A DNA stretch of 64,000 bases, from assembly GCA_025363655.1 (NCBI GenBank), contig JANYDK010000037.1:6191-70190 (forward strand), in the 5' to 3' direction. Source of the DNA: Deltaproteobacteria bacterium. Its GTDB lineage: Bacteria > Myxococcota_A > Polyangia > Polyangiales > JADJMO01. The first letter of the stretch is position 1; every line of letters begins with the position of its first letter. This document shows positions 46,401 through 54,790 of this stretch, one piece after another. Under the pieces are notes generated by a model, which did not search any database, was not told the origin of the DNA, and was given only the letters and a program-made list of their open reading frames with translations. A program made the position numbers and the translations under genes.

Positions 46401-47474
46401 GTGGCGCAATTCCCCGCCGAAATCCTCGACCCGCTCGAACGCCTCGGTGCCGCCTCACAGGGCGACGTCCCGGCGCTCATCGCAGAGGCGCGTGCACACG
46501 CCCCTGGGCCGTTCGCCGACGAGCTGGTCTTCGCGCAGGCCATGGAAGCCGCCGCCGAGCGCAGGGCTGCTGCCGGTGATCGAGCGGGCACGTGGTGGCT
46601 CTGCTGCGCGCTCGCGACCTTGCGTGCGTCGGCGCTCGCCACCGCGCAGGAAGACGCCGAGATCAACGCCGCTCGTCTCTTCGGCGAGCTCCCCCAGTCA
46701 CCCGCCGCGCGCGCGCCCGTCCCCGAGCCTGCTCGTTGGCTCGTCGCGGGCGCCGCCGAGCCCACTCCGGCGGGCGTCTCCATCGAGCTCGCGCGCCGCA
46801 ACGCCATCATCCACCTCGACCGTTTGGGCGCCGAGCTCACCACGCGCGCCGAAGCGATGCGCGGCCAAGCCGACGCCCTTCGCCGTGATCCGTCGCGTCT
46901 CCAGGCCATCGAAGAGGCGATCGCAACCTACGATCTCGCCGCCGGGTCGACGCGCGCTGCCCTCGGTCGCGTCATCGATCACGTCATCGCTCGCAGCGGC
47001 AACGCGACGCTCGCCAAGGCCGGTCAAGACGCGCTCGCCGAGCTCGACGATCGCGCGATTCCGGCCCTCCGTGCGCGCACGCTCGAGGCCCGCCGATCGC
47101 TCGGCTCCACCACCGAGCTCTATGGCGCCAGCGTGGCCATCGAAGAGGCGCCCCAGAGGCCGTCGTTCGCGGGCGCTGCTCCGCCGTCGTTCCGAGGTTC
47201 GCAAGGCTCGCAAGCGGGAGCGCCCTCTCCCGGTCCGGCTCCCGTGGCGATCGCTCCCAGCGCGGGCCCGCCGACGCGCGAGGCCCTCGAGGCGTCGATG
47301 CGCACCGCCTTCGAGCACGCCTGGACGTCGCCCGGCGCAGAGTCCCGCGCAGCCTTCGTGCAAGCCGTGCGCGCCCGCTACGAGCTCGAGACAGCGGCGA
47401 TTCCCGATCCCCAGGCGCGTCAGCAGGCGCTCGACCACTACATCGCCCACGCCGTCGCGCAGTTGCCGGCCTGA
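46401..47474 (+). CDS. Hypothetical Ala-rich cytoplasmic protein
   Basis: Protein-like composition, in contrast to the overlapping 842-aa Arg/Ser/Pro-rich frame. No motif recognised. Confidence 0.5.
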   Translation: MAQFPAEILDPLERLGAASQGDVPALIAEARAHAPGPFADELVFAQAMEAAAERRAAAGDRAGTWWLCCALATLRASALATAQEDAEINAARLFGELPQSPAARAPVPEPARWLVAGAAEPTPAGVSIELARRNAIIHLDRLGAELTTRAEAMRGQADALRRDPSRLQAIEEAIATYDLAAGSTRAALGRVIDHVIARSGNATLAKAGQDALAELDDRAIPALRARTLEARRSLGSTTELYGASVAIEEAPQRPSFAGAAPPSFRGSQGSQAGAPSPGPAPVAIAPSAGPPTREALEASMRTAFEHAWTSPGAESRAAFVQAVRARYELETAAIPDPQARQQALDHYIAHAVAQLPA

Positions 47475-47484
47475 AAGAGCGTAC

Positions 47485-47506
47485 GCACCGCATGATCATG
47501 CGGTGC
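47485..47506. terminator. Perfect 22-bp palindrome GCACCGCATGA|TCATGCGGTGC
   Basis: Begins 10 nt after the stop at 47472-47474. As RNA it forms a 9-bp stem with a GATC loop. Followed by AGGGCAAACCCTTATC. Confidence 0.5.
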
Positions 47507-47559
47507 CGGTAGGGCAAACCCTTATCGCGCAGCGTGGGGTGGCCGTTTATCTTGGCGAC

Positions 47560-48750
47560 ATGACCACCCTCCTCGGTCGCGCTCTTCGGAGCCTCTGCGC
47601 TCTTGGTCTCGTGGGCGTCGCCGCGGCGGCGTGTCATCCCCACAGCTGCCCTGCCAGCGAGCCGTTCTGCAACGACCCGAACATGGGCTCGATTTGGCTC
47701 TTCGCCTACAACGCGCAAGAGACCGACGATTTGCTGGCGAAGCTGCGCGCGCAGAAGGGGCTCATCGCCGTCGCCTACACCGTCGGCTCCGATGGCCGGA
47801 AAATGTTGCAGATCATCGAACAGTGTCAGGTGACCGGCAACTACCACTACGAGCGCACACCGACGACCGATCTCTCGCTGGCGATGCACAGCGAAGACGA
47901 AGCGAAGCTGATGCTCCCCGTCTCGTACGGGGCCTTCTCCGCGGCGTTCAAGCAGTCCTCGACGGTCGAAATCAAGTACCGCTCGCCGGGCAGCTTCTTC
48001 GCCAGCGACGACGCGGTCTCGATCAGCGGCGATTGCAGCCAAGCGACGCACGTCATCGGCAGCCTCTCGGTCGGCGCCTACGAAACCCACATCGCCTCGG
48101 CCCAAGGCGTGTCGGCCAACGCAGGCGCGGCCGGTCAGAACCTCGGCGGCGTCAACTCCTCCGACTCGAGCGAGCAGAAGGTCTCTGCCGGCGACTTCAA
48201 CGCCTGCGAGTCGGGCGACTCGTCCCTCGCCGGCGCGCCCGAACAGTGCGCGCAGCCCCTTCGCATCAAGCTCCGTGAGATCAAGAAGCTCGATCAGAAC
48301 GTCGAGGCCTGCAACGACGACGCGTTCATGGTGCAAGGTCACGGCTATGCGTTCGACGGCAAGGTCTTCACGATCATGAGCGATCAGCTCGGCAAGCTCG
48401 ATTCGAGCGCGCGCGTCCACTTCGCCTGCGACGAATCGCTGATCGACGCCGAGGCCGACGCCGTCACCGAGGTCATGAGCTTCCTCGACCAGAACCCGTC
48501 GGTGAAGGCGCACATCAGCGTGCGCTGCAATACCGCCTCGATGATGGCGATTCCCCCGCTCCTCACGCCGTCGCCCGATTTGCACGCCAACGCGCTGCGC
48601 GGCCTCGTCGGCAAGTACGTCAGCGCGGGGAAGGTGACGATCGACTCCTGCTACGTGCCGGGCTCGACGGGCGTCTTCATCGAGCTGACGGCTGGGTGCA
48701 AAGAGGGTTCGGTGGCGCCGGGCCAGCTCGCGTGCATGGCGGCGAAGTAG
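47560..48750 (+). CDS. Lipoprotein, unknown function
   Basis: Lipobox VAAAAC, 396 aa, many Cys, no motif recognised. Confidence 0.6.
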   Translation: MTTLLGRALRSLCALGLVGVAAAACHPHSCPASEPFCNDPNMGSIWLFAYNAQETDDLLAKLRAQKGLIAVAYTVGSDGRKMLQIIEQCQVTGNYHYERTPTTDLSLAMHSEDEAKLMLPVSYGAFSAAFKQSSTVEIKYRSPGSFFASDDAVSISGDCSQATHVIGSLSVGAYETHIASAQGVSANAGAAGQNLGGVNSSDSSEQKVSAGDFNACESGDSSLAGAPEQCAQPLRIKLREIKKLDQNVEACNDDAFMVQGHGYAFDGKVFTIMSDQLGKLDSSARVHFACDESLIDAEADAVTEVMSFLDQNPSVKAHISVRCNTASMMAIPPLLTPSPDLHANALRGLVGKYVSAGKVTIDSCYVPGSTGVFIELTAGCKEGSVAPGQLACMAAK

Positions 48751-48852
48751 TCCGAGCCGTGGGTGGCGCCTCGCGCGTCTGACATCGTGCTCGTCGGCAA
48801 CTACTTGGCGTTCGGCGTTTGTACGACGTGAGCCCCGTTGCTAACGACGGAC

Positions 48853-49260
48853 ATGCGTCGCCTCTCGATCGTTCTCTTGCCGTGTGTGTCCTGGATGCTC
48901 GCCTGCGGGGGCAAGATCGCCGATGACGCGGACACCACGGACGGTGGGGCGACCGACGCGCCCATCTACTGTCCGACGAACACCGGGTCGGTGACGCACG
49001 TCGTCGAAGCGGACTGCGCCACGTACTGTGGCGTCTATCGCTGCATCGGATGCTCGGAGGCGGCCGACGCCTGCACGCGTGTCTGCGTCGACTTCCTGAA
49101 AGCCCGCCCCACGAGCGTGATGTGGTCGTGCCTCCAGTGCGGCGTCGCCGAGGAGCCGAAGCTGGACTTGCGCCGACTCGCCTGCAGCGACTACGACCGC
49201 GCGGTGATGAAGGTGAGCTTCCCAGCCGGCAGCTGCGTCGAGGCATGCGGCATCCACTGA
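48853..49260 (+). CDS. Small Cys-rich lipoprotein
   Basis: Lipobox SWMLAC and 15 Cys in about 115 mature residues (YCPTN...CATYCGVYRCIGCSEAADACTRVC...CLQC). Confidence 0.55.
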   Translation: MRRLSIVLLPCVSWMLACGGKIADDADTTDGGATDAPIYCPTNTGSVTHVVEADCATYCGVYRCIGCSEAADACTRVCVDFLKARPTSVMWSCLQCGVAEEPKLDLRRLACSDYDRAVMKVSFPAGSCVEACGIH

Positions 49261-49355
49261 TGGCGCGCGTCAATCGGAGCGACTACGCCGTCGACTCGCC
49301 GCCAGAGTTCGATCAGCCGCCGCCGGCCCGACGCGGCTCAGTAAAAGGGCTCGGC

Positions 49356-49605
49356 GACTCAGCTCGAGACTGAGACTACTGTCCCTTGCAGGACCGCGAG
49401 TCGCCGTCCGACTCACCCATCTCGCCGCGAAGGCGAGACGCGTCGCCGTCGGACCGACACGTCTCAGTGAAAAGGCTCGACGAGTCGCCGTCTGGCCGAC
49501 ACGACTCAGTCGAAGGGCTGGACGAGTCGCCGTCGGACCGACACGGCTCGGTCGAAGGGCTCGACGAGTCGCCGTATGCCCGAGTCAGCTCGCCCAAATG
49601 AGTCC
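49356..49605. repeat. Tandem array of about six 40-44-bp units (consensus GAGTCGCCGTCGGACCGACACGGCTCGGTCGAAGGGCTCGAC)
   Basis: Units at 49356, 49398, 49442, 49482, 49524 and 49566; the last three full units are the best conserved. Each unit carries GACCGA-N6-TCGGTC and GTCGA-N5-TCGAC hairpins. Stop-free on both strands. Confidence 0.75.
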
Positions 49606-49846
49606 ACGCGTCGGCTTCGCGCTCACTCGGATGGGTTCCGAGGACATAGCGTCTAGGTTTTGGAGCACTCCTCGTCGGCTTTTTCCGACTCGATCCAAAC
49701 GCATCACTCCGTTGGCTCGGGATCTGGCGCCGTCTCGTATCCGTCAGGCTGACTCGTCGATCGATTCGACTGAGTGAACCTCGGGCTCCAAGGGGTCCCG
49801 TCCTCTCGCGCTTCCCAACCGAATCGCGAAAGGACAGGATCTACCC

Positions 49847-50977
49847 ATGCGTCCCTACGCATCGGCCATTCTCATCGCGCTCGTTGCCCTCGCTGGCGCG
49901 TGCGTCGGGCCATTGCCCGATCGAGAGTCGCCCGTTCCCAACCCGAGCGTGACGACGGCTTCGGTCACCTCGTCCGCCAGCCCGAAGGCGAGCGTCGCAC
50001 CTGTCTCGCCGCCGCTCTGTCTCGCCGATGCCGACGTCGTCGGTTGGGACGAGCCCAAGAATGAAATCACGCTCTGTGCCAAGAATGGAAGCTGCGTCGC
50101 CCTCGGCGCGGGTACACCCCCGCGGGTGACATCGACGCCGAGCACGCCCCTCGCCGATGTCGTCAGCGCGTTTCATCCATGGATGCCCGATGCGCCGCTG
50201 GGGCCGAAGACGGTGATGACGCCCGAGACCATGGTGACCACGTCGGGCGCGCGCGTGCAGCTCGTCGGCGCTCCGCAGAGGTGGGCGAAGGTGCCGTTTT
50301 CCTCGACCAAGCAGGCGCAACTGCTCTGGCTCGCGAAGGACCGGAAGCGCGCGTTGATTCTGCGCATCGTCAGCGACCTCAGCGGATCGAAGCCGAGCCG
50401 TGATCTCGTCGAGCTCGTCGACCTCTCGACGCACGTAGGGCTCGCTCACGCCGAAGTGTGCAATTACGAGATTCACACCGAAGCTTCGGTCGACGACGCC
50501 GAGAGCGCTGCGTGGATATCTTTCGGACACGCCAATCCGATCGTCATCACTGCCCTCGTCGACCTCGCGCATGCGCGCTTCGTCGAGCTCGGCCAAGTCT
50601 CGTCAGTCGGTTACGACGGCTGCGGTCCCGACGACTTCGGCAAGCGCTTCCTGTTCGCGGAACAGGCAGGAATTTTCGACGCTACGCGACGTCGGATCGG
50701 TCGCTCGTTGGTGTCGTTCGATGGAAACGTGGTTGCGCGGCTGGAGGGAGATTTTCCCGACGAGCCGTTTCTCCTCGGCCAGATGAGTGAGATGAGCAAA
50801 GTCATCGATGAAAGTCGACGCGTCGTCGTTCGATCGACGTTCGGCACGCCGAAGGGATCGGGCGGGCCGCAAGCGTCGATTTGTGCGGGGGTGATGCAGA
50901 TCGCGGCGGCGTCGAGTGCTGGAGGAGCTGCGGCGGCGCCGCGATGCCTTCCGCGGTGTGGCGTGGGATCGCCCTAA
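49847..50977 (+). CDS. Lipoprotein, unknown function
   Basis: Lipobox VALAGAC, 376 aa, no motif recognised. Confidence 0.6.
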   Translation: MRPYASAILIALVALAGACVGPLPDRESPVPNPSVTTASVTSSASPKASVAPVSPPLCLADADVVGWDEPKNEITLCAKNGSCVALGAGTPPRVTSTPSTPLADVVSAFHPWMPDAPLGPKTVMTPETMVTTSGARVQLVGAPQRWAKVPFSSTKQAQLLWLAKDRKRALILRIVSDLSGSKPSRDLVELVDLSTHVGLAHAEVCNYEIHTEASVDDAESAAWISFGHANPIVITALVDLAHARFVELGQVSSVGYDGCGPDDFGKRFLFAEQAGIFDATRRRIGRSLVSFDGNVVARLEGDFPDEPFLLGQMSEMSKVIDESRRVVVRSTFGTPKGSGGPQASICAGVMQIAAASSAGGAAAAPRCLPRCGVGSP

Positions 50978-53607
50978 GAACGTGCGCGACGTCGGCTTCT
51001 TCGCATCGCGATTCCTCCGACCAGAAGCCCGCCGAAGGCCACCCACGCAGTCTTCTCTCCATCGTCAGTCACTCCCGCCCGGCAACCGCACCCACTGGAA
51101 GAGCCGCCGGAATCTCCCGACCCGCCATCACTGCTACCGCCGCCATCGACGTTGCCGCCATCCGGATCGCCGATTCCGCCATCTCCCCCACCGCCATCCA
51201 CCGGCGGACGAATCCCACCATCAGGCAACGGCCCAGCATCCGTCGCAGCGCCGTCTCCGCCGACCAGCAAAGCGCGTAGCTCTCCCGGATAGAGCGGGAG
51301 CGAGAGCGCCGACGACGACGAGCCGATGTCGAGGTTGCTCACCAAGTCGTGAATCGTCCCCGTCGCCGGGAGCTTCACCGTCACTCCCGTCTTGGCCACT
51401 AGACCTGTATGAACGACTGCGTAGTACGTTCCGTGGGTGTCGGTCTTGATCTCTCGGACAATCACCTCCGGATCACTCGCCGCGCTCGCGACCATCGTGC
51501 TCGGCAGGGCCGGCAACGCCAGATAGGCGGCGTTGAAAGCGCGCGTGTACTCGGGAAATCCTCGGCTGAAATTGCTCGAGGCGAGATATCCCACGTAGCG
51601 CGGATCTCCGAAGGCGACGGAGCGGGCCTCGGCGAGCATCGAATAGGGGCCGACGTGATCGACGTCGGTGACGAAGTAGCCGACCTTCTTGCTCATCGGG
51701 CCGGCGGGGCTTCCGGCGTCTTGTCCGTCTTCCTCGTTGAGGTTGAAGTGTCGGACGATCGCGAGGCCCGATTTCGCGCGAAAGGCGTCGAGCTGCTTCT
51801 GCGAGGAGACGGTGAAGAGCCGGCTGAAGGGCATCGCCATGTGCACGCCCTCGACATCGACGTAGCGCGACGGATCGGCAGGCGGCGCGCTGTGATCTCT
51901 CTCGGCGCCACCCTTGGCGAGCGTGTCGGCCGTGGGGGCCTTCATGCGGGTGATCATCTCACCGTATTTTCCGGCGTCGACGAAGGGCTGCCACGGCGTC
52001 GGGGCGAAGCGCCATTGCCAGGGGAGGGTGCCATTGACCTTGTCCCACGTCGGCGGATCGTCGTTGGGCGTCGCCAGGTCGGTGATGTCGGGGACGTGGA
52101 GCGCTTCTTCGACATACGAGCTGAAGAGCACCGCGGCGTCGGGTTGGGTGAGGCGCAGGTGATCGCGAATGTGGAGGAGAAAGTCCCGACGTTTGCCGAA
52201 CCACCAGGCGTAGTACTTGGCGAGCAGCGTCGCGTCGGCCTCCAATTGGGCCCGCGTCGGCGCCGTCACACCTGCGTCTTTCGCATAGCGCGCCAGCGTC
52301 GCGTCGGCGAAGCTGATTGGCCAATTCGAATTGCGCGTCCGAAACCAGGCGCCGACGAAATTGGCCTTTCCTTTGTATTGGCCGATCGTCGCGTCGAGCA
52401 GCTTGTCGACGTCGGTGGCGAACTCCGGATCGGTGACGTCGACGCAGGCGATCTCCGACCAAGAGACGTCGGAGAAGGCGCCGCCGGGCCGCTCGCCGAG
52501 CGGTCGACAACGGCGCTGCTTTCCCAGCGAAGGCGTGCCGGAGGCGCCGTTGCCCATCGCGCCGGCGTATTCGTAATAGGGCATGACGTCGAGCCCGTGC
52601 TTCTGGGCTTGATCGACCATCTGCCCCCACAGCTCGGGCTGCGCGGTGTTGTAATACCAATCATTGCCGCCGCCGTGGGCGTTGTCCCAATACTGGGTAT
52701 ATCCGAAGACGAGCAGGTGTCGCGAATAGGTGTCGACGCCGAGGAACTTGGCGAGGCGCATCTTGGCGTCGAAGACGTCGAGCGACTTGGAGAAGAATCG
52801 ATGCGTCGGATCGCTGCTCCCCATCGACGTGTCGGCCATCTCTTCGCGCCAGAAGACGTGGCGACGCGGCAAATCGGCTGGCGGGAAGTGAATCGGCTGC
52901 TCGAGCGCGGCGTCGGGCGGGGCCTCGAAGAGACGAATGCGGGCGACCGCGGCGCCGGCATCGAGCGGCGAGTCCTTCTTGCGGAAGTGACCGATCACCA
53001 CCCAGAAGCCGCCCGCCGGGGTGCCCTCCCAAACCGCCTTGCCAGCGTCGCGTGAGGCCTTCACGCCTTGGAAGCGCTCTCCGAGATAGAAGAGCGAGCG
53101 CACCGATTGCCACTTACCGGAGAGTGGATACTTGATCGATTCGGGCGAGGGATACGTATACGACTCTCGTGAATCGCCGATGGTCTGGCCGGTGGCGTAG
53201 GTGCGGGTCATCTCGCCGCCGCGGTTGATGACGACGAACTGCCGGCCTTCGTCCTCTGGATACTCGACGACGAGCACGTACGCCTTGCCGGCGACGAGCC
53301 CCTTGCCGGCGCCGATCTTGTAGGCGATCACCTGCGCGTCGTCGGTCATCGGCAGCACCCGCGCCGACTTGCCGAGGACGGTGGCAACCTTGGAGGCGCC
53401 GGGCGGGTCTTCATAGAGCGCGTGCGAATCCGCAGGATTTCCCGTGTCGATCTCGTCGACGAGCTTGAGTGAGCCGAAGGGCGCGCCGAGATCTTCGTCG
53501 GCGTGGGCGTTCGTTTCGAGCACCGCTTGGGCGGCGATCGTCGCGAGCGCGAGGACGGGCGGGAGCGCGACGAGCGAGAGTGCGGAGTGGCGGCGAGTAC
53601 GGTGCAT
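50974..53607 (-). CDS. Large secreted protein with canonical MYXO-CTERM tail, unknown function
   Basis: Signal peptide (ATG 53607), about 800 aa with no motif I recognise, Gly/Asp-rich linker, tail SSSGCGCRAG...WVAFGGLLVGGIAMRRSRRRARS. Confidence 0.7.
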   Translation of the reverse strand: MHRTRRHSALSLVALPPVLALATIAAQAVLETNAHADEDLGAPFGSLKLVDEIDTGNPADSHALYEDPPGASKVATVLGKSARVLPMTDDAQVIAYKIGAGKGLVAGKAYVLVVEYPEDEGRQFVVINRGGEMTRTYATGQTIGDSRESYTYPSPESIKYPLSGKWQSVRSLFYLGERFQGVKASRDAGKAVWEGTPAGGFWVVIGHFRKKDSPLDAGAAVARIRLFEAPPDAALEQPIHFPPADLPRRHVFWREEMADTSMGSSDPTHRFFSKSLDVFDAKMRLAKFLGVDTYSRHLLVFGYTQYWDNAHGGGNDWYYNTAQPELWGQMVDQAQKHGLDVMPYYEYAGAMGNGASGTPSLGKQRRCRPLGERPGGAFSDVSWSEIACVDVTDPEFATDVDKLLDATIGQYKGKANFVGAWFRTRNSNWPISFADATLARYAKDAGVTAPTRAQLEADATLLAKYYAWWFGKRRDFLLHIRDHLRLTQPDAAVLFSSYVEEALHVPDITDLATPNDDPPTWDKVNGTLPWQWRFAPTPWQPFVDAGKYGEMITRMKAPTADTLAKGGAERDHSAPPADPSRYVDVEGVHMAMPFSRLFTVSSQKQLDAFRAKSGLAIVRHFNLNEEDGQDAGSPAGPMSKKVGYFVTDVDHVGPYSMLAEARSVAFGDPRYVGYLASSNFSRGFPEYTRAFNAAYLALPALPSTMVASAASDPEVIVREIKTDTHGTYYAVVHTGLVAKTGVTVKLPATGTIHDLVSNLDIGSSSSALSLPLYPGELRALLVGGDGAATDAGPLPDGGIRPPVDGGGGDGGIGDPDGGNVDGGGSSDGGSGDSGGSSSGCGCRAGVTDDGEKTAWVAFGGLLVGGIAMRRSRRRARS

Positions 53608-53633
53608 GGTTCGCTTTCGGGTTCCTTGGGAGC

Positions 53634-54638
53634 TCATAGATGGTTGTCGAGGAGCCAGGCGTAGACGTCGTGTCCCGCGCTCAAATCGAACGTGCGCGAC
53701 CACGCGTCGTGCCCGACGCCTGGATAGATGGTCATCTGCGCGTCACGGCGGGGCGGCGCCGGACAGGCCAGGAGCTTGGTCATCGGATAGGTCGTTCCGG
53801 TGGTCGCCACCGTGCCGTCGGAGTCGCCGTGAAAGGCCCAGATGGCGACGCGCCCGAGGCTGCATCCGTTGCGATCCCACGCGCTCGTGCCGTTGCCGGA
53901 GATGAGCACCGCCGCGGCGATGGGCGTCGTCGCGATCTCGTTCGCCAGGTAATTCCAGCTCCCGATCGCGCCGCAGCTGAGGCCGGTGAGATAGATGCGC
54001 GCCGGATCGACGTGGTAGTTGGCGATCGCCCACGTGAGGAAGCCTTTGACCGTCGCCGAGCTCGGGCACCCGCTGTCGTTCTGCGGCGAGAGGACGACGA
54101 AGGGGCGCGAGGCCGGCCAGGTGTTGGCCTTGATGTAGCGCGGAGGGCCATTTTTCAAGACCCGATCGAGCTGCGTCGTGCCATCGCCGTCTTCGTCGAG
54201 CCCGTGCCAGAACACCATCAGCGGGCTCGTCGCTCCCGTCGCCGAATACCCCGGAGGGAGATATTCGTAGAAGCCATTCGGGGCCGTCGTCGTGCCATGC
54301 GGGCGAGCGACGAGGCGCGACGAAGAGGGGCCTGCGTCGCCCACCGGTGCGGTGTCCTTGCCGACGTCGATGGAAGTGCCCGTATCCGAAGAGCTCGCAT
54401 CGGGGTGGCTCGCGTCGGCAGCATCGGAGACACTCACCGCATCGGCGTGTGCAGCATCGGCTACGTGGGAGTCGAGCCCGGCGTCGTCGTGCGTGTCACC
54501 CGGCACGGCGATGGCGCTGTCATCCGTCCCGCCGTCGGCGTCGTCGGCGCCAGAGGTGTCACCGTCGGAGCTGCCGACGCACGCGAGCATGCTGGAGCCG
54601 ACGAAGAGAAGAATCGCGAGCAGCTTGCGAGTGGCCAT
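53634..54638 (-). CDS. Alpha/beta-hydrolase esterase lipoprotein
   Basis: Lipobox SSMLAC, Asp-rich linker, LMVFWHGL, nucleophile elbow LTGLSCGAIGS, FHGDSDGTV, GVGHDAW. Confidence 0.75.
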   Translation of the reverse strand: MATRKLLAILLFVGSSMLACVGSSDGDTSGADDADGGTDDSAIAVPGDTHDDAGLDSHVADAAHADAVSVSDAADASHPDASSSDTGTSIDVGKDTAPVGDAGPSSSRLVARPHGTTTAPNGFYEYLPPGYSATGATSPLMVFWHGLDEDGDGTTQLDRVLKNGPPRYIKANTWPASRPFVVLSPQNDSGCPSSATVKGFLTWAIANYHVDPARIYLTGLSCGAIGSWNYLANEIATTPIAAAVLISGNGTSAWDRNGCSLGRVAIWAFHGDSDGTVATTGTTYPMTKLLACPAPPRRDAQMTIYPGVGHDAWSRTFDLSAGHDVYAWLLDNHL

Positions 54639-54715
54639 GACGCCTCACCTTCGCAATCGACGTACCAGTCTCCGAATGAACGAACGGGTCGAGAAAATAG
54701 GCCTTCGAAGGGGGA

Positions 54716-54736
54716 GGGCGGCGTGAGAGGCCGCCC
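54716..54736 (-). terminator. Hairpin repeat copy A (GGGCGGC-GTGAGAG-GCCGCCC)
   Basis: 7-bp GC stem with a 7-nt loop. 20 of 21 nt are identical to copy B, which lies 54 bp away. Confidence 0.45.
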
Positions 54737-54769
54737 CTCGCAGGTAGGCAGGTGGTGCGGTGCGAACAG

Positions 54770-54790
54770 GGGCGGCGTCAGAGGCCGCCC
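54770..54790 (-). terminator. Hairpin repeat copy B (GGGCGGC-GTCAGAG-GCCGCCC)
   Basis: Abuts and overlaps by 1 nt the stop codon of the Kelch-repeat gene (54790-54792). Confidence 0.45.

Noticed and set aside
46222-48750. 842-aa ORF as a single gene
   Set aside because: The first roughly 445 codons are Arg/Ser/Pro-rich off-frame sequence. A different frame (46401-47474) is protein-like there, and a lipoprotein signal begins at ATG 47560.
47560-48750. Pore-forming (gasdermin or MACPF-like) protein
   Set aside because: This was only a vague impression from a beta-rich N-terminal region. The protein has a lipoprotein signal, and no diagnostic motif or adjacent protease supports the idea.
49356-49605. 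Possible CRISPR array
   Set aside because: The repeat units are contiguous with no unique spacers between them, and unit identity decays along the array. No cas genes are present in the window.
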